This document shows, in pieces, positions 27,988 through 38,576 of a DNA stretch of 64,000 bases (position 1 is its first letter; the number at the start of each line of letters is the position of its first letter). The notes beneath the pieces were generated by a model. The model searched no databases. It saw nothing but the letters and a program-made list of their open reading frames with translations, and was not told where the DNA came from. The DNA lies in NCBI GenBank assembly GCA_963782755.1, contig CAWAKR010000012.1, forward strand, positions 14,557 through 78,556, written 5' to 3'. Origin of the DNA: Candidatus Acidiferrales bacterium (GTDB taxonomy: Bacteria > Acidobacteriota > Terriglobia > Acidiferrales > UBA7541). A program made the translations under genes and the position numbers.

Positions 27988-30900
27988 GTGCAAACTGGAA
28001 AATTCAGTGTGTTACTTGGGGCGGGTCTAGCGATTCTGCTGATGGGGACGGCAGCAGGAGGAACGGACACTCCGGCCGCAAACGACAAGTGGAAGGCCCT
28101 TGAGTTCCGAGAATTGGGGCCGGCGGTGATGGGCGGGCGCATCGACGACTTTGCCGTGGTGGAGAGCAATCCGAGTATCGTGTTTGTGGGCGTGGCTTCC
28201 GGTGGCGTGTGGAAAACAACGAACAACGGAACGACATGGGAACCCGTGTTCGACAAGGAAGGTGTATCGACGATTGGGGACATCGCGATTGCACCCTCGG
28301 ACCCTTCGATTGTGTGGGTGGGGACGGGCGAGCCGAATAATCGGCAGAGTTCTTCGTGGGGAGATGGCGCGTACAAATCGCAGGACGGTGGGAAGACCTG
28401 GCAAAAGATGGGTTTGGCGGCGACGCACCACATTGGCCGGATTGTAATTCATCCGAAAAATCCGGACGTGGTGTACGTGGCGGCGTTGGGGCATTTGTGG
28501 GGACCGAACGCAGAGCGTGGCGTGTATAAAAGTGCGGATGGAGGTAAGACCTGGGCACAGGTTTTGAAGATAAATGACGACACGGGAGTGAGCGACATCG
28601 CGATGGACCCGCAGAGTCCGGAGACGCTCTATGCAGCGGCCTATGAGCGGCGGCGAACAGTGCATGGATTCAATGGTGGTGGGCCGGACGGTGGGATCTA
28701 CAAGAGCGTGGATGGCGGGGCTACGTGGAGGAGAATGACAAAGGGATTGCCATACGAAAACGGCGGAGAGATTGGACGCATCGGACTCGATATATACCGC
28801 AAAGATCCGAACATCGTCTACGCGCTGGTACAAACCGAAAAGGGCGGGATCTATCGCAGCGAAGATAAGGGCGAGACGTGGAAAAAGATGAGCGACACGA
28901 ATCCGCGACCTTCTTATTACAGCCAGGTGCGAATCGATCCGAACAATGACAGCAAGGTCTGGGTGCTGGGCGCGGCAATGTATTTTTCCGAGGATGGCGG
29001 GAAGACGTTTACGACGGAGCGAGTGCAGAAAATTCACGGCGATTTTCACGCGTTGTGGATCGACCCCGCAAATTCAAATCATGTGTTGGCTGGAAGTGAC
29101 GGCGGGATTCACTGGAGCTACGACAACGGGAAGACATGGGATTTCGTAAATACGCTAGCGATCGGACAGTTTTACGAAATCGGACTGGACAATGAGCGGC
29201 CGTATCACGTTTGCGGAGGATTGCAGGACAACGGGAGTTGGTGCGGGCCGGTGGTCTCGCAAACGAAGGATGGAATCATCAACTCCGATTGGGTGTTGAT
29301 CCATGGAGGCGACGGTTTTTATGCGCAGGTCGATCCGGTCGAACCGTGGATTGTGTATACGGAGTCGCAGGACGGGGATCTGGCGCGGCGAGATCTACGG
29401 ACAGGGCAGGAGCGCGGAATCGGGCCGGAGGCAAAACTCGGTGAGCCACATTACCGATTTAACTGGAATTCGCCGGTGATGGTGTCTGGGCACGACCATC
29501 AGACGATCTATTACGGCGGAAATTATCTGTTCAAGTCGACGAATCGCGGCGAGTCTTGGATGCGATTGGGCGGCGACCTGACGACTGGTGTGGATCGCAA
29601 CAAACTTCCTGTCTTTGGAAAAGTGCCGGATAAGACCACGCTTTCGCGGCATGACGGAGTGGTGGAGTTCCCGACGATTACCACGATGAGCGAATCGCCG
29701 GTGACGCCGAACGTGTTGTGGGTCGGAACGGATGACGGGAATCTGCAAGTGACACGGGATGGAGGGAAGACCTGGAAGAATGTCGCGGCACGCGTGTCGG
29801 GTTTGCCTAAGGGCACGTATGTGAGCCGGGTAGTAGCCTCGAAATATGCGGAGGGCAGTGCCTATGCGACGTTTGACGGGCACCGTACAGACGATTACGG
29901 AATCTATATTTTTTCAACCACGGATTATGGCGAAACGTGGAAGCTGATTCGCACTGGAATTCCGGAGTCCGCGGGAAGCGTACACGTGGTGCGCGAGCAT
30001 CCACGGAACGCGAATCTGCTGTTTGCGGGGACGGAATTCGGATTGTGGGTGAGTTGGGACCGCGGGGCGAATTGGTCACCGTTGAAAAACAATTTTCCGA
30101 CCGTACCGGTGGATGATATTCAGATTCAGGCGCGAGAGAACGATCTTGTGCTGGGAACGCATGGCCGCTCGATCTGGGTGCTGGACGACTTGACGCCGAT
30201 CGAGAAGATGGACAGCAGTGTGGCGAACACGGATGTCACGTTCTTTGCGCCGCGTACCTCGACGCTGTGGTTTCTGCGGGGGCGGCGCTGGAGCGGAGGG
30301 CAGAAGGAGTTCACGGCGAAAAATCCCGCCTACGGTGTGCTGTTGAATTACTACCTGAAAGAAGCAGTAGCTCCGGAACCAGAAAAGGCAACAAAGGAAG
30401 CGGACAAGGATGAGCCTGCTGCCGCGGAGGCGAAGAAGACCGAGGCTGCCGCGAAAAAAGAAGGAAAAGTAAAAATCAGCATTTATGACAAAGACAATAA
30501 GCTCGTGCGAGAGATGGACGGCCCGGGTGCGGCGGGGCTGAACCGAACCAGTTGGCCGTTGCGTTACGACGCAGCGAGCGAACCGACCGACGAACAGAAG
30601 GAAGCGATTGCCGCTGGGTATTACGACGGACCGCAAGGGCCGCTCGTGGATCCGGGCGAGTACACGATAAAGATCAAGGCAGGAGGGAAGGAAGCGACGC
30701 AGAAGGTGACGGTGGAGGAAGATCCGCGGATCAGCATGTCTGCGGCGGATCGGGCCACTCGGCGCGCGGCTTTGGACGAACTTTATGCAATGGCGAAATT
30801 GTCGGCCAAAGATCGAACGACGATTGTCGGACTACAGTCGGCGTTGAAGGCGGCGATGGAAAAGTGGAAAAAGGACGCCGAGAAGAAAGACGGCACGAAA

Positions 30901-31275
30901 ATCCCGGATGATGTGCAGAAACAGGCTGAAGCGTTGCAGAAAAAAGTGGACGAGGTGGCCAAAAAGTATCAACGCGAAAAACAGGGCTTGGGGAATGCGG
31001 GGCCTCCGTTTGAGTGGCGGCCAGCGCCTTTGCCGGATCAGGTGGAAGGATTGATGGAGGACATTGACGGGTTCGCCGCGGCGCCAAGCGTGCAGCAGAC
31101 GGAAAAGATCGCCGAGTTGAGGCCGCAGGTAGCGGACGGGTCGGCGGAAGTGAAGAAGCTAATTGAGCAGGATCTGCCGGCGTTGAATAAGAAGATGAAT
31201 GAGGCGGGGATTCCGCACATCGTGCCCAGCGCGGAGGGAGGAGAGAAGGGCGGGGATGATGAGGAGTGGGATTAG
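27988..31275 (+). CDS. Secreted BNR/Asp-box repeat (VPS10/sortilin-like) glycosyl hydrolase-like protein
   Basis: GTG after AAGGAGG RBS; many SxDGGxTW Asp-boxes; GGLQDNG, GGDGF, THGRS. Confidence 0.85.
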   Translation: MQTGKFSVLLGAGLAILLMGTAAGGTDTPAANDKWKALEFRELGPAVMGGRIDDFAVVESNPSIVFVGVASGGVWKTTNNGTTWEPVFDKEGVSTIGDIAIAPSDPSIVWVGTGEPNNRQSSSWGDGAYKSQDGGKTWQKMGLAATHHIGRIVIHPKNPDVVYVAALGHLWGPNAERGVYKSADGGKTWAQVLKINDDTGVSDIAMDPQSPETLYAAAYERRRTVHGFNGGGPDGGIYKSVDGGATWRRMTKGLPYENGGEIGRIGLDIYRKDPNIVYALVQTEKGGIYRSEDKGETWKKMSDTNPRPSYYSQVRIDPNNDSKVWVLGAAMYFSEDGGKTFTTERVQKIHGDFHALWIDPANSNHVLAGSDGGIHWSYDNGKTWDFVNTLAIGQFYEIGLDNERPYHVCGGLQDNGSWCGPVVSQTKDGIINSDWVLIHGGDGFYAQVDPVEPWIVYTESQDGDLARRDLRTGQERGIGPEAKLGEPHYRFNWNSPVMVSGHDHQTIYYGGNYLFKSTNRGESWMRLGGDLTTGVDRNKLPVFGKVPDKTTLSRHDGVVEFPTITTMSESPVTPNVLWVGTDDGNLQVTRDGGKTWKNVAARVSGLPKGTYVSRVVASKYAEGSAYATFDGHRTDDYGIYIFSTTDYGETWKLIRTGIPESAGSVHVVREHPRNANLLFAGTEFGLWVSWDRGANWSPLKNNFPTVPVDDIQIQARENDLVLGTHGRSIWVLDDLTPIEKMDSSVANTDVTFFAPRTSTLWFLRGRRWSGGQKEFTAKNPAYGVLLNYYLKEAVAPEPEKATKEADKDEPAAAEAKKTEAAAKKEGKVKISIYDKDNKLVREMDGPGAAGLNRTSWPLRYDAASEPTDEQKEAIAAGYYDGPQGPLVDPGEYTIKIKAGGKEATQKVTVEEDPRISMSAADRATRRAALDELYAMAKLSAKDRTTIVGLQSALKAAMEKWKKDAEKKDGTKIPDDVQKQAEALQKKVDEVAKKYQREKQGLGNAGPPFEWRPAPLPDQVEGLMEDIDGFAAAPSVQQTEKIAELRPQVADGSAEVKKLIEQDLPALNKKMNEAGIPHIVPSAEGGEKGGDDEEWD

Positions 31276-31318
31276 TTACGAGTTTGCGGAATTGGCGAGT
31301 GCTTTCAAGAACGAACGC

Positions 31319-31454
31319 AAAGCGCTGGCATGAGAGCCAGCGCTACAAAATTGGGAAAAGACCGGAAAGGTGGCGTAAAGCCTCCCCCCTCCACAGACAG
31401 AGTTGAGGACGCGAATTGTTGCGGACATGGGGTGCAGCGGTGCTGAACCCCTAC
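31319..31454 (-). repeat. Cluster of REP-like hairpins (family C 31319..31346; family D-like ~31372..31394; family B 31419..31454)
   Basis: AGCGCTGGC-ATGAGA-GCCAGCGCTAC and GGGGTGCAGC-GGT-GCTGAACCCCTAC hairpins ending in CTAC. Confidence 0.75.
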
Positions 31455-31468
31455 AAAATGCACGGAAT

Positions 31469-32419
31469 TTATTTCGCAGCGGGCTTGGCGTGGTTGGTGC
31501 GATACCACTCGAAGGTGCGTTGCAGGCCCTCTTCAAAGAAGACAGTAGGCTCGTAGCTCAGGACTTCACGGGCGCGAGAAATATCGGCCAACGAATCGCG
31601 AATGTCACCCTCGCGGGGAGGTTCGTAGATGGCTTGGAGTGTCTTTCCGGAAATGCGGCACAAGAGTTCCAAAACCTGGTTCAGAGAAATGGCGTGGCTG
31701 GTGCCAACATTAAAGACTGTGCCGGCAGCACCGGCGGCTTCACAGGCCAGGAGATTGGCCTGGACGGCGTTTTCGACAAACGTGAAATCGCGAGTCTGAT
31801 TGCCATCACCGAATACGGTAGGCTGCGTGCCGTCGAGGAATGCGGTAGCGAAGCGGGATAAGACGCCGGAGTAAGGCGAGTCGGGATCCTGGCGGGGACC
31901 GAAAATATTGAAGTAGCGGAGACAGACGGTCTCCAGGCCATAGCAGCGACCAAAGGTTTGCGCGTAAAGTTCACCGACAAATTTGGAGACGCCGTAAGGA
32001 GAGATCGGCTGTGGCTGCATGGATTCGGTTTTGGGGAGAGTGGGCGTCTCGCCGTACGCGGAGGAAGAGGCGGCGAAGACAACGCGTTTGACTTTATTAT
32101 CGCGAGCGGCGACAAGGACATTGAGAGTGCCATCGACATTGATGCGATTGGTTTCGATGGGATCTTTGACGGAGCGGGGAACGGAAGTGCGCGCGGCAAG
32201 ATGGATGACGAAGTCGGCCTGATGGCAAGCCTTCTGAAGAGTTTCGATATCAGTGATGGAGCCTTTGAGGAAGGTAATCTTGTTGCGGATTTCCGCGAGA
32301 TTTTCTTCCTTACCCGCGGACAGATCGTCGAGGACCACGACGCTGTGGCCGCGGCGGACGAGTTCATCCACGGTATTGGAACCGATGAAGCCGGCGCCTC
32401 CGGTGACAAGGTAACGCAT
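31469..32419 (-). CDS. NAD-dependent epimerase, UDP-GlcNAc(A) 4-epimerase WbpP/TviC-like
   Basis: TGGAGFIGS, ASSSSAYG, YGVSK, RYFNIFGPRQDP. Confidence 0.87.
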   Translation of the reverse strand: MRYLVTGGAGFIGSNTVDELVRRGHSVVVLDDLSAGKEENLAEIRNKITFLKGSITDIETLQKACHQADFVIHLAARTSVPRSVKDPIETNRINVDGTLNVLVAARDNKVKRVVFAASSSAYGETPTLPKTESMQPQPISPYGVSKFVGELYAQTFGRCYGLETVCLRYFNIFGPRQDPDSPYSGVLSRFATAFLDGTQPTVFGDGNQTRDFTFVENAVQANLLACEAAGAAGTVFNVGTSHAISLNQVLELLCRISGKTLQAIYEPPREGDIRDSLADISRAREVLSYEPTVFFEEGLQRTFEWYRTNHAKPAAK

Positions 32420-32510
32420 GGGGAGTCCTCCTGCCGCGAATCCGTACTTATTGTACGATGGTAAAGGCAGCAACTGTCGCAAGGAATCGGAAGCACGACG
32501 CAAAAAAATC

Positions 32511-33398
32511 ATGAGCAAAAAAGTCCAGTTAATCGTGGGGATTGTGTGGGTGCTGCTGGTTCTGGGTGGCTATTTGTATTACCGGCACCGCGAAGATACA
32601 CGGCCGGTGATCGGGCGTCCGCCTGAGCCTGCCGCGAAGAAAGCAGCGGCACCTCCGACGGTCGCGGTAACACCACCAGTAACGAAGGAAACGAATGAGG
32701 TAGCGGTGAAGAAGCCGCCTGTCGCGGAAGTTCTGCCGGTGCTACGGGCCGGAGAGATCCTGGAATATGCAGCAAATATTTCCAAGCTGAACAGTACCGT
32801 TGCGAGCCTAAAGATTGTCGTAGGAGAGCAGAAAACGCTGGCAGGGAAGCCTACGTGGCATCTGCAAGCGTTTGCGCATACGGAGAATCCGTACCGAATG
32901 GTGTTTGAGCTGGATGATCAGTTTGATTCGTATAGCGAGACGGGTCCGCTGACGAGTATGCAGTATGAGATGCACCTGAGCGAGCGCGGACAAAAAGTGG
33001 ATTCGGTGCAGCGAATGCTGCCGTCCAACAAAGATGCAGCACCAGCGGGATTGACGGCCGCCCGAGTGCTACCTGGAACACGCGATCCTTTGGGGATGCT
33101 GCATTATTTGCGCAATGTGGATTGGGAGAAGACCCCGGAAGTGCGCTCGCCGGTCTACGACGGGCGGAAGCTTTATGACGTCAGGGCTCGGCGGATCAAT
33201 AAATCGGAAATCGTCACCGTGCCTGCCGGAAAATATTACGCTTCGAAAATAGAGCTACGTGTTCTGGACAATGGAGTGGAGATGAAGGACGCACATTTCC
33301 TGTTGTACCTGGCAAATGATGACGCCAGGACGCCGGTATTGGTCGAAGCGGTATTGCCGATTGCCACCGCACGGGTGGAATTGACGAAGGCGAAGTAG
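32511..33398 (+). CDS. DUF3108 domain protein with N-terminal anchor
   Basis: GEILEY, DPLGMLHYLR, VYDGRKLY, TVPAGKY, RTPV pattern. Confidence 0.7.
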   Translation: MSKKVQLIVGIVWVLLVLGGYLYYRHREDTRPVIGRPPEPAAKKAAAPPTVAVTPPVTKETNEVAVKKPPVAEVLPVLRAGEILEYAANISKLNSTVASLKIVVGEQKTLAGKPTWHLQAFAHTENPYRMVFELDDQFDSYSETGPLTSMQYEMHLSERGQKVDSVQRMLPSNKDAAPAGLTAARVLPGTRDPLGMLHYLRNVDWEKTPEVRSPVYDGRKLYDVRARRINKSEIVTVPAGKYYASKIELRVLDNGVEMKDAHFLLYLANDDARTPVLVEAVLPIATARVELTKAK

Positions 33399-33436
33399 GA
33401 ACAATTAAGGTCGAAGAGTTTCCTCGATTAAAACAA

Positions 33437-33525
33437 AAAGCGCTGGCATAAAAGCCAACGCTACAAAAGCGAATTGTTCCTGCGCAATCGCGCAGACGTG
33501 GGATGCAGCGGTGCTGCATCCCCAC
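33437..33525 (-). repeat. REP-like hairpins (family C 33437..33464; family B 33490..33525)
   Basis: Same C-then-B order as the 31319 cluster. Confidence 0.75.
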
Positions 33526-33559
33526 CGATCGGGAATGGCGCAGAGAATTTGTACAAACG

Positions 33560-34915
33560 TCAGCAGGGAACGATTCGCTCGCGATGACGCATGACGCGGC
33601 GGGTGGCGTTGCGCGTGTCGACGACAAGCTTTGAAGCGTCCACGATGGCCCCGAAGTCATAGCTGGAATGATCCGTAGCGATCAGAACGGCATCGTATTT
33701 CGCCAAGGATTCCGGCGTGATAGGCACAGACTTCATCTGGGAATAATCGTAGTGGCGCATTTTATGGAGCTGCGGGAAATAGGGATCGTTGTAATCGAAC
33801 TCCGCGCCGCGCTTTTGGAGAATTTCCATAATTTTCAGCGTGGGAGATTCGCGAAGGTCGTCGACGTCTTTCTTGTACGCAACGCCGAGGACGAGGACCT
33901 TTGAACCCTTGATGCTCTTTTTGTGCTGATTCAAAGCTTCGGCGAGAGAATCGACAACGTGATAGGGCATGGCGGTGTTGATTTCGCCGGCAAGCTCAAT
34001 AAAGCGCGTCGAGAAATCGTACTCGCGAGCCTTCCAGGAAAGATAAAAAGGATCGACAGGGATGCAGTGGCCGCCAAGTCCAGGTCCGGGATAGAAAGGC
34101 ATAAAGCCGAATGGCTTGGAAGAAGCGGCTTCAATGACTTCCCAAACGTCGACGCCCATGCGAAGGCAGAGCAGCTTAAGTTCGTTGACCAGGGCGATGT
34201 TGACGCAGCGGAAGATATTTTCGAGCAGTTTGGCCATTTCCGCAGCGCGCGTGGAGCTGACGGGAATCACCTTGGCGACGACCTGCGCGTAGATCGACAC
34301 TGCCGCGCGGCCACTGGGAGGATTGACGCCACCGACGACCTTCGGAATTTGCGCCAGGCCGTATTGTTTATTGCCGGGATCTTCGCGTTCCGGCGAAAAG
34401 GCGAGGAAAAAGTCTACGGCAACATTTTCATTTTCGGTGCCGGAAACGATAGGGCAACGAAGACCGCTCTTCTGAAGGATCGGGAGCACCAACTCCTCGG
34501 TCGTGCCAGGGTACGTGGTGGATTCGAGAACTACGAGCTGGCCTTTTTGCAGGTGAGGCTGAATGGACTTTGCAGTCTCTTCCACGTAGCTGAGATCCGG
34601 TTCGCGATATTCGTTCAGCGGAGTGGGGACGCAGATGAGAATCGCATCGGCTTCACGGAGTTTGGAAAAATCCGTGGTGGCGCTAAAAAAGCGGCTGTTT
34701 ACGTATTGCTGAATTTTGGTCTGCTGGATATGTTCGATATAGGATTTGCCAGCATTCAGCAATCTGACTTTCTCGGGATCGGTGTCAAATCCAGTAACTT
34801 TGTGGCCGGCCTCTGCGAAGCGGAGGGCAAGCGGGAGCCCCACGTAACCACAACCGATGATGGCAACCTTGAGCTGGCTGCCCTTGAAGAACTCTGGTTT
34901 TCTATCTGTAGCCAT
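33560..34915 (-). CDS. Nucleotide-sugar dehydrogenase, UDP-GlcNAc 6-dehydrogenase WbpA/TviB-like
   Basis: GCGYVG, CVPTP, ESTTYPGTT, SPERE, GGHCIPVDP, DLRESP. Confidence 0.88.
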   Translation of the reverse strand: MATDRKPEFFKGSQLKVAIIGCGYVGLPLALRFAEAGHKVTGFDTDPEKVRLLNAGKSYIEHIQQTKIQQYVNSRFFSATTDFSKLREADAILICVPTPLNEYREPDLSYVEETAKSIQPHLQKGQLVVLESTTYPGTTEELVLPILQKSGLRCPIVSGTENENVAVDFFLAFSPEREDPGNKQYGLAQIPKVVGGVNPPSGRAAVSIYAQVVAKVIPVSSTRAAEMAKLLENIFRCVNIALVNELKLLCLRMGVDVWEVIEAASSKPFGFMPFYPGPGLGGHCIPVDPFYLSWKAREYDFSTRFIELAGEINTAMPYHVVDSLAEALNQHKKSIKGSKVLVLGVAYKKDVDDLRESPTLKIMEILQKRGAEFDYNDPYFPQLHKMRHYDYSQMKSVPITPESLAKYDAVLIATDHSSYDFGAIVDASKLVVDTRNATRRVMRHRERIVPC

Positions 34916-35154
34916 GGAATCGAACGCGCTCCTAATCGTCTAAGCTGAGAATCATGCCCAAAAGGCAGGGGGCAAACGGCATAAGAAAGTATAGCCGTTT
35001 CGGGAGCAGGCTTGGCAGAGAAGCGGCTAAATGTTTCCAAAATTTGATAAAAGGCAGGCCGGACAGAAAGGCATGTTGCCAATCAGGGGGAGCAGGACGA
35101 AGATAAGAATAATGCAAACTATGAGTGAAAATTTAGAGATACCGATCCGGTGAA

Positions 35155-35937
35155 ATGCTCCTAATCCTTACAGTGCTCGTGCTGGGGCTTGTCGTGGGCG
35201 TGCTGGTGGGCCTGCTGGGCATTGGCGGGGGCGTGGTGCTTGTGCCGGCCATGGTCTACCTGCTGCATTACGACCAGCATCTGGCGCAGGGGACATCGTT
35301 GTTCATTCTGTTGCCGCCGATCGGGCTGGGCGCGTTGCGGGGATACTGGAAAAATGGCCAAGTGGATCTGCGGGCCGGGATTATCTGTGCGATTGGCTTC
35401 TTGTTGGGAGGGTATGTTGGGGGGCGGGTGGCAGTGCCGATGCCTTCCAAATATCTGCAGGCGATCTTCGGCGGTTTCCTGATGCTCTCTGCGATTTTGT
35501 TGTGGGCGAAGACCAGAAAGAAAGTCGCGGCCGGCGAGAAGCCGCGAGAAGAAGTGAAGCAAAGTTACGGCAGAGATGCGGGGATATTTGCGCTGGCGGG
35601 ATTCTGTGGCGTAGCTGCAGGAATGGTGGGGATCGGAGGAGGGGTACTGCTGGTGCCGCTGCTGGGTTTGCTGTTTGGATTTGGACAGCACAAGGCACAG
35701 GGAACAAGCCTGGTTGCGTTGATTCCGCCCACAGGATTGCTGGCGTTTCTGACGTATGCAAAGGCGGGCTTCGTATCGTGGCAGTCAGGGTTTCTGCTGA
35801 TACCGGGAGTTTTTTTAGGCGGGATACTGGGAGCGATGTTGGCGCGGCGTCTCAATCCGAAAATGATGAGGCAGAGTTTTGCCGCATTGATGTTCCTGCT
35901 TGGAGTTTGGCAGGTCTTCTCGTCGACGCGATCCTGA
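35155..35937 (+). CDS. TauE/SafE (TSUP) family transporter
   Basis: Two GIGGG..LVP...AQGTSL repeats; highly hydrophobic. Confidence 0.85.
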   Translation: MLLILTVLVLGLVVGVLVGLLGIGGGVVLVPAMVYLLHYDQHLAQGTSLFILLPPIGLGALRGYWKNGQVDLRAGIICAIGFLLGGYVGGRVAVPMPSKYLQAIFGGFLMLSAILLWAKTRKKVAAGEKPREEVKQSYGRDAGIFALAGFCGVAAGMVGIGGGVLLVPLLGLLFGFGQHKAQGTSLVALIPPTGLLAFLTYAKAGFVSWQSGFLLIPGVFLGGILGAMLARRLNPKMMRQSFAALMFLLGVWQVFSSTRS

Positions 35938-35953
35938 CGCATACTGGAAACTA

Positions 35954-36724
35954 ATGATCGATATTCATTGTCACATTTTGTTCGGGTTGGATGATGGAGC
36001 GCGGACGATGGAGGATTCGCTCGCGATGGCCGAGGACGCGATCGCCGATGGAATCACGCATGTCGTGGGGACGCCACACGCCAGTTCCGAGCACAAGTTT
36101 GATTTCGCAAAGGTGCAGGCGGTCCGGGACGAAATCAGCGCGAAAGTGGGCGAACGCCTGACGCTGGCTACCGGCTGTGACTTCCATCTGAATCCAGAAA
36201 ATGTGCAGGCGATACGGAAGGATTCCACGCCATACTGCGTCAACCAAAAAGATTATCTGCTCGTGGAATTCAACGAGTTTTCGATTCCTCCGTCGATGAA
36301 CCAGACTCTGCATGAGCTGCACCTGCAAGGGTTGCGGCCGATTGTGACGCACCCGGAACGAAACGGAATATTACGAACGCAGGCGGGCCGTTTGAGAGAC
36401 TGGGTAAATCAGGGCTGTTTCGTGCAGGTGACGGCGGGATCGCTGGCGGGCGTCTTTGGGCCGCTGGCGAAAGAGAAAGCCTGGGAGTGGATGGAACAGG
36501 GCTTGGTGCATTTTGTTTCGAGTGATGCGCACAATACGACGCGCAGACCGCTGAAATTGCGATTCGCCTATGACGCGGTAGCGGACCGATTCGGTGACGA
36601 GAAGGCCATAGGGTTGTTCGTCGACAATCCGAAAGCGGCGTTTGAGGGGAATCCACTACCGTACATCCCGGAAGTGCTGCAGGAACCAAAGCCGCAAAAG
36701 CGGAAGCGATTCATTTTTTTCTAA
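35954..36724 (+). CDS. CpsB/CapC/YwqE family PHP tyrosine-protein phosphatase
   Basis: MIDIHCHIL.GLDDG, TPH, THPERN, SDAH. Confidence 0.88.
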   Translation: MIDIHCHILFGLDDGARTMEDSLAMAEDAIADGITHVVGTPHASSEHKFDFAKVQAVRDEISAKVGERLTLATGCDFHLNPENVQAIRKDSTPYCVNQKDYLLVEFNEFSIPPSMNQTLHELHLQGLRPIVTHPERNGILRTQAGRLRDWVNQGCFVQVTAGSLAGVFGPLAKEKAWEWMEQGLVHFVSSDAHNTTRRPLKLRFAYDAVADRFGDEKAIGLFVDNPKAAFEGNPLPYIPEVLQEPKPQKRKRFIFF

Positions 36725-36731
36725 ACATGAT

Positions 36732-37371
36732 TCAGGCAGCGGGCCGCAAGGGCAGGCCGAACCATAGGTTCACTAAACCCAGAACTTCACGAACAACGTC
36801 AAGCGCGTCACTGGTTGTGCGCCACCAGTGAGAAGCATCGAACGAGTCGTCGGAGACTCCATGAATAATCGCCTGGCCCTGTCGGGTGGCTAAGTGGTTC
36901 CAAAGAGATTTCGTGCGGCGAGTGTGAACCTTGGAAGTGACGATGATGACCTTGCGATCCTGCTGATGCTGAACATTCTGGCCGATCGTGAGAACTTCAT
37001 CCACAGTATTCACGATCGGCGGATCGATTACATGGATGGCGCTTTCGGGGACGCCTTCGTGAATCAAAATGAGTTTGTCGTAAGTGTCTTCGCCGGTATA
37101 GGGAACGCCGAGTTGGGAGAGGGTCGCACCAGGTTCCGTGGAATGTGTAAGCCAGACTTCCGGCGCGTAACCATCCTCGATAAAGGCGGGCAGCTTCCAT
37201 GGCGCGGGCCGGCATCCGGCCACTCAAGACAGCGATGGCGCTGGCGTGAGAAAGAGGATCCTCGACGACCAACCAACGGCCCAGATTGAACAGGGCATTG
37301 AGAAGGAGAATGAAAAGAAAACAGAGAATCCAAAACCAAGCACGCGGGCGGCGTTCCGGGCCTCGCGGCAT
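36732..37371 (-). CDS. YdcF/DUF218 family protein (one +1 frameshift near 37179)
   Basis: TM then LVVEDPL..A.AIAVLSG; GVPE.AI, NTVDE, IIVTS..HTRR in a second frame. Confidence 0.78.
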
Positions 37372-37529
37372 GACGGTAGCGAAGAGCAAATTAGGCATTT
37401 GCGGCGAATCGTAACCCGCGGGAAGTTGGACGTCAAACAGGATACCTGCAAAGGGGAATCGAGATATTCGATTGGTTAAAAATGCTAACAGCGCGATAAA
37501 ATAAGGGTTTGCAGCACGGGAGGAAGTGC

Positions 37530-38483
37530 ATGAGAGCAGTAGTGACCGGCGGTGCAGGGTTCCTGGGATCGCATCTTTGCGACAGATTGCTGGCGGAAGG
37601 CTGGGACGTATTGGCGCTGGACAATCTGATCACGGGCGAGGCGCGGAATGTCGGCCACTTAAAGGGGAACAAGCACTTCGAGTTTGTAAAAAAGGATGTG
37701 AATGAGCCGCTCCAGGTTGATGGAGAAGTGGCGTATGTATTTCATTTTGCATCGCCAGCAAGTCCTCCGGATTATCTGAAGTTTCCCATCGAGACACTGA
37801 AGGTCGGATCCGTTGGAACAATGCACGCGCTGGACCTGGCTCTGGAGAAAAAAGCGAAATTTTTCCTGGCATCGACCAGTGAGTGCTATGGAGACCCCAG
37901 CGTGACCCCACAGAAGGAAACGTACTGGGGCAACGTGAATCCGGTGGGACCGCGCAGCGTGTACGACGAGGCCAAACGATTTGCGGAGGCGACGACCATG
38001 GCGTATCACCGGCACTATGGCGTGGATACGCACATCGTGCGCATTTTTAACACGTATGGACCGAGGATGCGGTTGAACGACGGGCGGGCGTTGCCGAATT
38101 TTGTGTACCAGGCGTTGAGCGGACAGCCGATCACGATTTATGGTGACGGAAAGCAGACGCGAAGCTTCTGCTATGTTTCGGACCTGATTGACGGAATCTA
38201 CAAGCTCAGCCAATCGGATGAACATTACCCAACAAATATTGGGAATCCGGTGGAGTTGACGATTTACGAGTTTGCGAAACGAATCTTGAGCCATTTCCCG
38301 GACGCACACGGATTGATCCACGAGCCGTTGCCGGAAGATGATCCGAAGCAGCGGCGGCCGGATATTTCGAAGGCGAATAAATTGTTAGGTTGGGAGCCGA
38401 AAGTCGGACTGGAAGAAGGATTGGGTTACACACTGGAATATTTCCGGAAGACATTTGCGGGTGAAGCGGTTGGCTCGAAATAG
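37530..38483 (+). CDS. UDP-glucuronate decarboxylase (UDP-xylose synthase) family
   Basis: [43 protein letters not shown]. Confidence 0.87.
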   Translation: MRAVVTGGAGFLGSHLCDRLLAEGWDVLALDNLITGEARNVGHLKGNKHFEFVKKDVNEPLQVDGEVAYVFHFASPASPPDYLKFPIETLKVGSVGTMHALDLALEKKAKFFLASTSECYGDPSVTPQKETYWGNVNPVGPRSVYDEAKRFAEATTMAYHRHYGVDTHIVRIFNTYGPRMRLNDGRALPNFVYQALSGQPITIYGDGKQTRSFCYVSDLIDGIYKLSQSDEHYPTNIGNPVELTIYEFAKRILSHFPDAHGLIHEPLPEDDPKQRRPDISKANKLLGWEPKVGLEEGLGYTLEYFRKTFAGEAVGSK

Positions 38484-38495
38484 CGCGTTGAAACC

Positions 38496-38531
38496 TTGCG
38501 GTCACGGGGTGCAGCAGCACTGCACCCCTAC
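38496..38531 (-). repeat. REP-like hairpin, family B
   Basis: GGGGTGCAG-CAGCA-CTGCACCCCTAC. Confidence 0.75.
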
Positions 38532-38576
38532 CAACTAAAACCAGGCAATCATCCTGTGAATAAGAGCGGCCGGGGA

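Noticed and set aside
31319-33525. CRISPR array from the recurring ~28-36 nt palindromes
   Set aside because: The copies are dispersed, belong to different families, lack regular spacers, and no cas genes are present.
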